Source of the DNA: the human T2T-CHM13v2.0 reference genome, Homo sapiens
Length of the DNA stretch: 64,000 nt
Strand: one strand, 5' to 3'
NCBI RefSeq assembly: GCF_009914755.1
Contig: NC_060938.1
The notes under the pieces are model-generated. The model was not told where the DNA came from and ran no database searches. It saw nothing but the letters and a program-made list of their open reading frames with translations. The position numbers and the translations under genes are program-made. This document shows positions 1 through 12,528 of this stretch, in pieces (position 1 is the first letter of the stretch; each line of letters starts with the position of its first letter).

Positions 1-541
1 GTCTCTGTCTCTCTCTCTCTCTCTGTGTGTCTGTCTTCTGTCTTACTGTCTTTCTCTGCCTGTCTGTCTGTCTGTCTCTCTCTGTCTGTCTCTCTCTCTC
101 TCTCCCCCCTGTCGGCTGTTTCTCTGTCTCTGTCTGTGTCTCTCTTTCTGTCTGTTTCTCTCTGTCTGTCTTTCTCTCTCTGTCTCTTTCTCTCTGTCTC
201 TCTGTCTGTCTCTGTCTCTCTCTCTGTCTCTCTCTCTCTGTGGGGGTGTGTGTGTGTGTGTGTATGTGTGTGTGTGTGTGTGTGTGTGTCTGCCTTCTGT
301 CTTACTCTCTTTCTCTGCCTGTCTGTCTGCCTGTCTGTTTGTCTCTCTCTCTCTGCCTGTCTCTCTCCCTTCCTGTCTGTTTCTCTCTCTTTCTGTTTCT
401 CTCTGTCTCTGTCCATCTCTGTCTTTCTCCGTCTGTCTCTTTATCTGTCTCTCTCCGTCTGTCTCTTTATCTGTCTCTCTCTCTCTTTCTGTCTTTCTCT
501 CTCTGTGTATCGTTGTCTCTCTCTGTCTGTCTCTGTCTCTG

Positions 542-574
<33 letters not shown>

Positions 575-630
575 GTCTGTCTGTCCGTCTGTCTGTCTCG
601 GTCTCTGGCTCTCGCTATCTCCCGCCCTCT
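1..630. repeat. CT/CTGT-rich IGS low-complexity block (end of third CT block) with embedded (GT)n at ~246-288
   Basis: Near A-free pyrimidine-rich tandem sequence; the same block ends the unit at 43620-44900. Confidence 0.95.
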
Positions 631-1917
631 CTTTTTTTGCAAAAGAAGCTCAAGTACATCTAATCTAATCCCTTACCAAGGCCTGAATTCTTCACTTCTG
701 ACATCCCAGATTTGATCTCCCTACAGAATGCTGTACAGAACTGGCGAGTTGATTTCTGGACTTGGATACCTCATAGAAACTACATATGAATAAAGATCCA
801 ATCCTAAAATCTGGGGTGGCTTCTCCCTCGACTGTCTCGAAAAATCGTACCTCTGTTCCCCTAGGATGCCGGAAGAGTTTTCTCAATGTGCATCTGCCCG
901 TGTCCTAAGTGATCTGTGACCGAGCCCTGTCCGTCCTGTCTCAAATATGTACGTGCAAACACTTCTCTCCATTTCCACAACTACCCACGGCCCCTTGTGG
1001 AACCACTGGCTCTTTGAAAAAAATCCCAGAAGTGGTTTTGGCTTTTTGGCTAGGAGGCCTAAGCCTGCTGAGAACTTTCCTGCCCAGGATCCTGTGTGAC
1101 CAAAAGTGCCTCTGCTGGGAGCTGGGATCCTCGGGACCATGCTTGCTAGCGCTGGATGAGTCTCTGGAAGGACGCACGGGACTCCGCAAAGCTGACCTGT
1201 CCCACCGAGGTCAAATGGATACCTCTGCATTGGCCCGAGGCCTCCGAAGTACATCACCGTCACCAACCGTCACCGTCAGCATCCTTGTGAGCCTGCCCAA
1301 GGCCCCGCCTCCGGGGAGACTCTTGGGAGCCCGGCCTTCGTCGGCTAAAGTCCAAAGGGATGGTGACTTCCACCCACAAGGTCCCCACTGAACGGCGAAG
1401 ATGTGGAGCGTAGGTCAGAGAGGGGACCAGGAGGGGAGACGTCCCGACAGGCGACGAGTTCCCAAGGCTCTGGCCACCCCACCCACGCCCCACGCCCCAC
1501 GTCCCGGGCACCCGCGGGACACCGCCGCTTTATCCCCTCCTCTGTCCACAGCCAGCCCCACCCCACCACGCAACCCACGCACACACGCTGGAGGTTCCAA
1601 AACCACACGGTGTGACTAGAGCCTGACGGAGCGAGAGCCCATTTCACGAGGTGGGAGGGGTGGGGGTGGGGTGGGTTGGGGGTTGTGGGGTCTGTGGCGA
1701 GCCCGATTCTCCCTCTTGGGTGGCTACAGGCTAGAAATGAATATCGCTTCTTGGGCGGAGGGGCTTCCTTAGGCCATCACCGCTTGCGGGACTACCTCTC
1801 AAACCCTCCCTTGAGGCCACAAAATAGATTCCACCCCACCCATCGACGTTTCCCCCGGGTGCTGGATGTATCCTGTCAAGAGACCTGAGCCTGACACCGT
1901 CGAATTAAACACCTTGA

Positions 1918-2128
<211 letters not shown>

Positions 2129-2200
2129 TCTTTCATTGGTTTTCACTGGAGATTCTAGATTCGAGCCACACCTCATTCCGTGCCACAGAGAGACTTCTTT

Positions 2201-5200
2201 TTTTTTTTTTTTTTAAGCGCAACGCAACATGTCTGCCTTATTTGAGTGGCTTCCTATATCATTATAATTGTGTTATAGATGAAGAAACGGTATTAAACAC
2301 TGTGCTAATGATAGTGAAAGTGAAGACAAAAGAAAGGCTATCTATTTTGTGGTTAGAATAAAGTTGCTCAGTATTTAGAGCTACCTAAATACGTCAGCAT
2401 TTACACTCTTCCTAGTAAAAGCTGGCCAATCTGAATAATCCTCCTTTAAACAAACACAATTTTTGATAGGGTTAAGATTTTTTTAAGAATGCGACTCCTG
2501 CAAAATAGCTGAACAGACGATACACATTTAAAAAAATAACAACACAAGGATCAACCAGACTTGGGAAAAAATCGAAAACCACACAAGTCTTATGAAGAAC
2601 TGAGTTCTTAAAATAGGACGGAGAACGTAGCTATCGGAAGAGAAGGCAGTATTGGCAAGTTGATTGTTACGTTGGTCAGCAGTAGCTGGCACTATCTTTT
2701 TGGCCATCTTTCGGGCAATGTAACTACTACAGCAAAATGAGATATGATCCATTAAACAACATATTCGCAAATCAAAAAGTGTTTCAGTAATATAATGCTT
2801 CAGATTTAGAAGCAAATCAAATGATAGAACTCCACTGCTGTAATAAGTCACCCCAAAGATCACCGTATCTGACAAAATAACTACCACAGGGTTATGACTT
2901 CAGAATCATACTTTCTCTTGATATTTACTTATGTATGTATTTATTTTTTTTAATTTATTTCTCTTGAGACGGCGTCTCGCTCTGTCGCCCAGGCTGGAGT
3001 GCGATGGTGTGATCTCGGCTCACTGCAACCGCCACCTCCCTGGGTTCAAGCGATTCTCCTGCCTCAGCCTCCCGAGTAGCTGGGACTACAGGTGCCCGCC
3101 ACCACGCCCAGCTAATCTTTATACTTTTAATAGAGACGGGGTTTCACCGTGTCGGCCCGGATGGTCTCGATCTCTTGACCTCGTGACCCGCCCGCCTCGG
3201 CCTCCCAAAGTGCTGGGATGACAGGCGTGAGCCACTGAGCCCGGCCTTCTCTTGACGTTTAAACTATGAAGTCAGTCCAGAGAAACGCAATAAATGTCAA
3301 CGGTGAGGATGGTGTTGAGGCAGAAGTAGGACCACACTTTTTCCTATCTTATTCAGTTGATAACAATATGACCTAGGTAGTAATTTCCTATGTGCCTACT
3401 TATACACGAGTACAAAAGAGTAAAACAGAGAGACTGCTAAATTAAAGGGTACGTGAAGTTCTTCATAGTAACTCCGTAAACTGGAACACTGTCAAAAAGC
3501 AGCAGCTAGTGAATTGTTTCCATGTATTTTTCTATGATCCAATAAGTGAACTATGCTATTCCTTTCCAGTCTCCCAAGCACTTCTTGTCCCCATCACCAC
3601 TTCGGTGCTCGAAGAAAAAGTAACAAATCAAGGAACACAACTAAAGAAACACACACACAAACCAAAGACAACTACAGCGTCTGCAAAAGTTTGCTAGAAG
3701 ACTGAAACTGTTGAGTATAAGGATCTGGTATTCTACGATCATGAGTTCACTTCAGAGTTTGTTCAAGACATACGTTTCGTAAGGAAACATCTTAGTTAGA
3801 AGTTATTCAGCAGTAGGTACCATCCCTAAGTATTTTTCACCAAATTCGTGACAATAAAGAGCTATCTAACCAGAAAAATTAGCGAGTACCGGCACCATCC
3901 ATAGGGCTTTGTCTTTACGCTTCATTAGCACTTACCATGCCTTACAATGTCTAGGATTGACCCTGATAGCATTTCGAAAACAAGCTAATGCTTTGTCCAG
4001 TTCTTCAGTGAAGACAAGCTCACGCCCTAATGCGCTATAGGCATAAGCATCATTTGGATCCACTTCGAGAGTTCTCTGGAAGAATTGAATCGCAATATCG
4101 TGTTCCCGTTGCAGACCGAAACAGTTCCCTGCAGCACACCAGGCCTCTGGCTGGCGAATTTTTATCCATGTCTGTGAAGTCTTTGGACAGAACTGAAAGA
4201 GCAACCTCTTTCGGAGGATGCCAAAGTGTTGTAGAGTAGATCTCCATGCCTTCGACTCTGTAATTCTCAATCCTCCTAACCTCTGAGAATTGTCTTTCAG
4301 CTTGCGTGGACTCTGAAAGTTTACAATAGGCCCTTCCGATTTGGCACAGTACCCAACCGGTATTGCAGTGGTGAGAAGCTAGATGGCTCAAGATGCTGAT
4401 AGCTTCTTTGCCGTGGTAAGAACACAAAGCTAAATAACCTTTCCCCCTTTCACGAAGAAGGCTCATCAAGCCTTCCGCTGCTGCTTTTTGTAGATTAAAA
4501 GCCTGAATCTGAGGCGCGATTGCGGCTATTTTCCCTTCTGAAATGACGGAAGAGTCCAATTTTGTCACTTCCAGGCTATCACTTATGTTCGGTGGAGTTA
4601 TTGCTCCTTTATTAGTTTTACTTTTGGTTCTTCTGTTTGGGATTTTAGGTGGAAACTTCATTTTTAATTTTCTCCTATTCTCCTCGGTTGTGGAGCTGTC
4701 ACTAGTCAAGAGTCGTGAATTTCTTCGAGGCGGTGCATTTGGGGGAGATGCCATAGTGGGGCTCAATACCTGAGGTGTTGCCCTTGTCGGCGGACCAGAA
4801 CTTTGTGTTTTTGCAAGGACTGGAGTTACCTTTCGGCTCTTTCCCCTCTGCGAGAAGACAGACGGTGTTCCGGTTTGGCCGATTCTGGCAACAGGCTTTT
4901 TTGAAGGGGCTCCGGTGGATGGCACGTCAATGACAGACGGTGTCTCATACCAGTGCAGTTTTGTCAATAGGGTCCGTCTCCGGGACTTGGGGTTTCTAAT
5001 GGCAAAATGCCAACACTTGGGGTTAATGGACTAACAGCTGCTGGTCCTCCTAATAAACTTCGACCAGTTTTTGGTTTATGTTGAACCTGTTTAGATCATA
5101 TGGAAGTTCCTGTTCCCAGTGGGACAGTATCAGGTGAAAGGACAGCTGAATCGATAGAAGACACTGGGGAGTCTGTATTCAAGGAGTACTTTGAATTGGA

Positions 5201-5995
5201 AGATTCTAAATTCCATCCGTTTCATTCGACGGTGTCCTGGGGTGTTTCCGTAAGAACGGTCTCGGGCTGTCTGTGACATAAACTAGGACGAGGTCCAAGT
5301 GTTGTGGCGCAACACTTGGACAGGCAGTTGCTAAAGCTCTCTAGAGAGGTGAATCAAAATGTTTGGTCAGGATCTGGCTTTTCCCCCCTATTTCACATCA
5401 TGATTCAAAGGGACACCAGAGGAAAGGATTTCAACGAAGGCTCTTTTGGTCACATTCTGATCCTTTGGTAAGCCGATCTGTCTTGCAATATACATGTCCC
5501 GACGATGGAAGGGGAAAGCGAGCTGAATCACCAAACTCAGGAACGATAATATCATCGTGGCTTTTCTGCTTATGAAACACTCCACCCGATAAGATTTGAT
5601 CCCCTTCTGCAAGCTTGCTGAGATCAACACAACATTTCGCAAGCAGGCATTTGCATTGCGGGGTAGTACAACTGTGTCCTTTCAAGAGTCTATATGTTTT
5701 ATAGGCCTTTCCTGAGCGGTAAGAACAGGTCGCCAGTAAGAACAAGGCTTCTTCTGAGTGTACTTCTGCATAAAGGCGTTCTGCGGGGGAAACCGCATCT
5801 CGGTAGGCATAGTGGTTTAGTGCTTGCCATATAGCAGCCTGGACGGGTCCCTGCAGCACCGCCATCCTCGAGGCTCAGGCCCACTTTCTGCAGTGCCACA
5901 GGCACCCCCCCCCCCCCCATAGCGGCTCCGGCCCGGCCAGCCTCGGCTCATTTAAAGGCACCAGCCGCCGTTACCGGGGGATGGGGGAGTCCGAG
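2201..5995 (-). pseudogene. CDC27P: CDC27 (APC3) processed pseudogene of the rDNA IGS: 5'UTR, frameshifted spliced CDS (ATG 5865 to ~3936), probable retained intron, poly(A)
   Basis: ORF pieces MAVLQGPVQAAIWQALNHYAYRDAV..., ...QAFNLQKAAAEGLMSLLRE..., ...EELDKALACFRNAIRVNPRHCKAW match CDC27; frameshifts; poly(T) 2198-2214; 14/16 TSD at 2185-2200 and 5996-6011. Confidence 0.95.
2931..3246 (-). mobile_element. Full-length Alu (S-like) nested in the CDC27 retrocopy
   Basis: Dimeric Alu sequence; TSD-like TTCTCTTGATATTTA (2913-2927) and TTCTCTTGACGTTTA (3247-3261). Confidence 0.93.
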
Positions 5996-6520
5996 ACAGA
6001 ATGACTTCTTTATCCTGCTGACTCTGGAAAGCCCGGCGCCTTGTGATCCATTGCAAACCGAGAGTCACCTCGTGTTTAGAACACGGATCCACTCCCAAGT
6101 TCAGTGGGGGGATGTGAGGGGTGTGGCAGGTAGGACGAAGGACTCTCTTCCTTCTGATTCGGTCTGCACAGTGGGGCCTAGGGCTGGAGCTCTCTCCGTG
6201 CGGACCGCTGACTCCCTCTACCTTGGGTTCCCTCGGCCCCACCCTGGAACGCCGGGCCTTGGCAGATTCTGGCCCTTCCTGGCCCTTCAGTCGCTGTCAG
6301 AAACCCCATCTCATGCTCGGATGCCCCGAGTGACTGTGGCTCGCACCTCTCCGGAAACATTGGAAATCTCTCCTCTACGCGCGGCCACCTGAAACCACAG
6401 GAGCTCGGGACACACGTGCTTTCGGGAGAGAATGCTGAGAGTCTCTTGCCGACTCTCTCTTGACTTGAGTTCTTCGTGGGTGCGTGGTTAAGACGTAGTG
6501 AGACCAGATGTATTAACTCA

Positions 6521-6687
6521 GGCCGGGTGCTGGTGGCTCACGCCTGTAACCCCAACACTTTGGGAGGCCGAGGCCGTAGGATCCCTCGAGGAATCGCCTA
6601 ACCCTGGGGAGGTTGAGGTTGCAGTGAGTGAGCCATAGTTGTGTCACTGTGCTCCAGTCTGGGCGAAAGACAGAATGAGGCCCTGCC
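6521..6687 (+). mobile_element. Old Alu monomer or internally deleted AluJ-like element
   Basis: GGCCGGGTGCTGGTGGCTCACGCCTGTAACCCC...GAGGTTGCAGTGAG. Confidence 0.8.
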
Positions 6688-6784
6688 ACAGGCAGGCAGG
6701 CAGGCAGGCAGGCAGAAAGACAACAGCTGTATTATGTTCTTCTCAGGGTAGGAAGCAAAAATAACAGAATACAGCACTTAATTA

Positions 6785-7086
<302 letters not shown>

Positions 7087-7130
7087 TACGTTTATTTATT
7101 TATTTTTTTAATTATTTTACTTTTTTTTAG

Positions 7131-7484
<354 letters not shown>

Positions 7485-7539
7485 ATTTATCTATTTATTA
7501 ACTTTGAGTCCAGGTTATGAAACCAGTTAGTTTTTGTAA

Positions 7540-7668
7540 TTTTTTTTTTTTTTTTTTTTTTTTTGAGACGAGGTTTCACCGTGTTGCCAAGGCTTGGACC
7601 GAGGGATCCACCGGCCCTCGGCCTCCCAAAAGTGCGGGGATGACAGGCGCGAGCCTACCGCGCCCGGA
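7540..7668 (-). mobile_element. Alu left-monomer (FLAM-like) fragment with poly(T)
   Basis: Poly(T) then GAGACGAGGTTTCACCGTGTTGCC...CCTCCCAAAAGTGCGGGGATGACAGGCGCGAGCC. Confidence 0.8.
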
Positions 7669-8212
7669 CCCCCCCTTTCCCCTTCCCCCGCTTGTCTTCC
7701 CGACAGACAGTTTCACGGCAGAGCGTTTGGCTGGCGTGCTTAAACTCATTCTAAATAGAAATTTGGGACGTCAGCTTCTGGCCTCACGGACTCTGAGCCG
7801 AGGAGTCCCCTGGTCTGTCTATCACAGGACCGTACACGTAAGGAGGAGAAAAATCGTAACGTTCAAAGTCAGTCATTTTGTGATACAGAAATACACGGAT
7901 TCACCCAAAACACAGAAAGCAGTCTTTTAGAAATGGCCTTAGCCCTGGTGTCCGTGCCAGTGATTCTTTTCGGTTTGGACCTTGACTGAGAGGATTCCCA
8001 GTCGGTCTCTCGTCTCTGGACGGAAGTTCCAGATGATCCGATGGGTGGGGGACTTAGGCTGCGTCCCCCCAGGAGCCCTGGTCGATTAGTTGTGGGGATC
8101 GCCTTGGAGGGCGCGGTGACCCACTGTGCTGTGGGAGCCTCCATCCTTCCCCCCACCCCCTCCCCAGGGGATCCCAATTCATTCCGGGCTGACACGCTCA
8201 CTGGCAGGCGTC

Positions 8213-8231
8213 GGGCATCACCTAGCGGTCA
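8213..8231 (-). promoter_or_regulatory. CTCF-like motif about 4.95 kb upstream of the TSS (IGS ~38 kb)
   Basis: Reverse complement TGACCGCTAGGTGATGCCC resembles the CTCF consensus; position agrees with my recollection of a reported CTCF site near 37.9 kb. Confidence 0.6.
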
Positions 8232-8483
8232 CTGTTACTCTGAAAACGGAGGCCTCACAGAGGAAGGGAGCACCAGGCCGCCTGCGCACAGCCTGGGGCA
8301 ACTGTGTCTTCTCCACCGCCCCCGCCCCCACCTCCAAGTTCCTCCCTCCCTTGTTGCCTAGGAAATCGCCACTTTGACGACCGGGTCTGATTGACCTTTG
8401 ATCAGGCAAAAACGAACAAACAGATAAATAAATAAAATAACACAAAAGTAACTAACTAAATAAAATAAGTCAATACAACCCAT

Positions 8484-8616
8484 TACAATACAATAAGATA
8501 CGATACGATAGGATGCGATAGGATACGATAGGATACAATACAATACGATACGATACAATACAATACAATACAATACAATACAATACAATACAATACAATA
8601 CAATACAATACAATAC
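8484..8616. repeat. (CAATA/CGATA/GGATA)n pentanucleotide repeat
   Basis: Direct reading. Confidence 0.95.
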
Positions 8617-8982
<366 letters not shown>

Positions 8983-8984
8983 TG

Positions 8985-9449
<465 letters not shown>

Positions 9450-9720
9450 TTAACTTCATTTTATGTTATTATCATGATTGATGTTTCGAGACGGAGTCTC
9501 GGAGGCCCGCCCTCCCTGGTTGCCCAGACAACCCCGGGAGACAGACCCTGGCTGGGCCCGATTGTTCTTCTCCTTGGTCAGGGGTTTCCTTGTCTTTCTT
9601 CGTGTCTTTAACCCGCGTGGACTCTTCCGCTCGGGTTTGACAGATGGCAGCTCCACTTTAGGCCTTGTTGTTGTTGGGGACTTTCCTGATTCTCCCCAGA
9701 TGTAGTGAAAGCAGGTAGAT

Positions 9721-9752
9721 TTGCCTTGCCTGGACTTGCCTGGCCTTGCCTT
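9721..9752. promoter_or_regulatory. RGC (ribosomal gene cluster) p53 response element
   Basis: TTGCCTTGCCTGGACTTGCCTGGCCTTGCCTT matches the classic RGC p53-binding sequence (TGCCT pentamers, GGACTTGCCT half-site). Confidence 0.88.
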
Positions 9753-9784
9753 TTCTTTCTTTCTTTCTTTATTACTTTCTCTTT

Positions 9785-9853
9785 TTCTTCTTCTTCTTCT
9801 TCTTCTTCTTCTTCTTCTTCTTCTTCTTCTTCTTCTTCTTCTTCTTCTTCTTC
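9785..9853. repeat. (TTC)23 / (GAA)23 trinucleotide repeat in an Alu tail
   Basis: Direct count. Confidence 0.95.
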
Positions 9854-10145
9854 TTTTTTTTTTTGAGACAGAGTTTCACTCTTGTTGCCCAGGCTAGAGG
9901 GCAATGGTGCGATCTCGGCTCACCGCACCCTCCGCCTCCCAGGTTCAAGCGATTCTCCTGCCTCAGCCTCCTGATTAGCTGGGATTACAGGCATGGGCCA
10001 CCGTGCCTGGCTGATGTTTGTACTTTTAGTAGAGACGGTGTTTTTCCATGTTGGTCAGGCTGGTCTCCCACTCCCAACCTCAGGTGGTCCGCCTGCCTTA
10101 GCCTCCCAAAGTGCTGGGATGACAGGCGTGAGCCACCGCGCCCAG

Positions 10146-10146
<1 letters not shown>
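9854..10146 (-). mobile_element. Alu (Sp/Sq-like)
   Basis: GAGACAGAGTTTCACTCTTGTTGCCCAGG...GAGCCACCGCGCCCAGCC. Confidence 0.93.
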
Positions 10147-10194
<48 letters not shown>

Positions 10195-10841
10195 CGCTTG
10201 CTTGCTTGCTTTCGTGCTTTCTTGCTTTCCCGTTTTCTTGCTTTCTTTCTTTCTTTCGTTTCTTTCATGCTTGCTTTCTTGCTTGCTTGCTTGCTTTCGT
10301 GCTTTCTTGCTTTCCTGTTTTCTTTTTCTTTCTTTCTTTCTTTCTTTCTTTTGTTTCTTTCTTGCTTGCTTTCTTGCTTGCTTGCTTGCTTTCGTGCTTT
10401 CTTGCTTTCCTGTTTTCTTTCTTTCTTTCTTTCTTTTGTTTCTTTCTTGCTTGCTTTCTTGCTTGCTTGCTTTCGTGCTGTCTTGTTTTCTCGATTTCTT
10501 TCTTTCTTTTGTTTCTTTCCTGCTTGCTTTCTTGCTTGATTGCTTTCGTGCTTTCTTGCTTTCTTGTTTTCTTTCTTTCTTTTGTTTCTTTCTTTCTTGC
10601 TTCCTTGTTTTCTTGCTTTCTTGCTTGCTTGCTTTCGTGCTTTCTTGTTTTCTTGCTTTCTTTCTTTTGTTTCTTTCTTGCTTGCTTTCTTGCTTCCTTG
10701 TTTTCTTGCTTTCTTGCTTGCTTGCTTTCGTGCTTTCTTTCTTGCTTTCTTTTCTTTCTTTCTTTTCTTTTTCTTTCTTTCTTGCTTTCTTTTCTTTCAT
10801 TCATTCATTCTTTCTTTCTTTCCTTTCTTTCTTTCTTTCTT

Positions 10842-10884
<43 letters not shown>

Positions 10885-10885
10885 G
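10147..10885. repeat. (CT)n followed by TTGC/TTTC composite repeat with ~75-95 bp higher-order unit
   Basis: GCTTTCGTGCT anchor recurs about 7 times (~10207, 10293, 10388, 10469, 10543, 10631, 10724). Confidence 0.9.
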
Positions 10886-10894
10886 TTTCGTCCT

Positions 10895-11188
<294 letters not shown>

Positions 11189-12261
11189 GTTGACTCATTT
11201 CGCTTTTTTATTTCTTTCGTTTCCACGCGTTTACTTATATGTATTAATGTAAACGTTTCTGTACGCTTATATGCAAACAACGACAACGTGTATCTCTGCA
11301 TTGAATACTCTTGCGTATGGTAAATACGTATCGGTTGTATGGAAATAGACTTCTGTATGATAGATGTAGGTGTTTGTGTTATACAAATAAATACACATCG
11401 CTCTATAAAGAAGGGATCGTCGATAAAGACGTTTATTTTACGTATGAAAAGCGTCGTATTTATGTGTGTAAATGAACGAGCGTACGTAGTTATCTCTGTT
11501 TTCTTTCTTCCTCTCCTTCGTGTTTTTCTTCCTTCCTTTCTTCCTTTCTCTCCTTCTTTAGGTTTTTCTTCCTCTCTTCCTTTCCTTCTTTCTCTCTTTC
11601 TGTCCTTTTTTCCTTCGTGCTTTATTTCTCTTTCGTTCCCTGTGTTTCCTTCTTTTTTCTTTCCTCTCTGTTTCTTTTTCCCTTCTTTCCTTCGTTTCTT
11701 TCCTCATTCTTTCTCTCTTTTTCGTGTTTCTTTCCTTCCCGTCTGTCTTTTAAAAAATGGAGTGTTTCAGAAGTTTACTTTGTGTATCTACGTTTTCTAA
11801 ATTGTCTCTCTTTTCTCCATTTTCTTCCTCCCTCCCTCCCTCCCTCCCTCCCTGCTCCCTTCCCTCCCTCCTTCCCTTTCGCCATCTGTCTCTTTTCCCC
11901 ACTCCCCTCCCCCCGTCTGTCTCTGCGTGGATTCCGGAAGAGCCTACGCATTCTGCCTCTCCGTGTGTCTGCAGCGACCCGCGACCGAGTCCTTGTGTGT
12001 TCTTTCTCCCTCCCTCCCTCCCTCCCTCCCTCCCTCCCTGCTTCCGAGAGGCATCTCCAAACACCCACGCGCCGTGGGTTGTCTTCTGACTCTGTCGCGG
12101 TCGAGGCAGAGACGCGTTTTGGGCACCGTTTGTGTGGGGTTGGGGCAGAGGGGCTGCGTTTTCGGCCTCGGGAAGAGCTTCTCGACTCACGGTTTCGCTT
12201 TCGCGGTCCACGGGCCGCCCTGCCAGCCGGATCTGTCTCGCTGACGTCCGCGGCGGTTGTC

Positions 12262-12281
12262 GGGCTCCATCTGGCGGCCGC
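12262..12281 (-). promoter_or_regulatory. CTCF site upstream of the spacer promoter (about -900)
   Basis: Reverse complement GCGGCCGCCAGATGGAGCCC fits the CTCF consensus; position matches the known enhancer-boundary CTCF site. Confidence 0.8.
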
Positions 12282-12299
12282 TTTGAGATCGTGCTCTCG

Positions 12300-12500
12300 G
12301 CTTCCGGAGCTGCGGTGGCAGCTGCCGAGGGAGGGGACCGTCCCCGCTGTGAGCTAGGCAGAGCTCCGGAAAGCCCGCGGTCGTCAGCCCGGCTGGCCCG
12401 GTGGCGCCAGAGCTGTGGCGCGTCGCTTGTGAGTCACAGCTCTGGCGTGCAGGTTTATGTGGGGGAGAGGCTGTCGCTGCGCTTCTGGGCCCGCGGCGGG
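12300..12500 (+). promoter_or_regulatory. Pol I spacer promoter region (approximate)
   Basis: Lies between the CTCF site and a Sal box; GGTTTATG...GCTGTCGCTG resembles the 47S start region. Confidence 0.55.
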
Positions 12501-12507
12501 CGTGGGG
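12485..12507 (+). ncRNA. MIR6724: miR-6724-5p annotated sequence (rDNA-hosted, doubtful as a true miRNA)
   Basis: CTGGGCCCGCGGCGGGCGTGGGG. Confidence 0.6.
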
Positions 12508-12517
12508 CTGCCCGGGC

Positions 12518-12528
12518 CGGTCGACCAG
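12518..12528 (+). terminator. Tsp: TTF-I Sal box downstream of the spacer promoter
   Basis: CGGTCGACCAG, one mismatch to GGGTCGACCAG. Confidence 0.75.

Noticed and set aside
660-1460. Unique IGS segment as a possible LTR or gene fragment (ORF 909-1391)
   Set aside because: No family recognisable by eye; needs a Dfam/BLAST search
3932-5865. Functional CDC27 gene
   Set aside because: Frameshifts, no introns in the coding part, C-terminal truncation, poly(A) and TSDs
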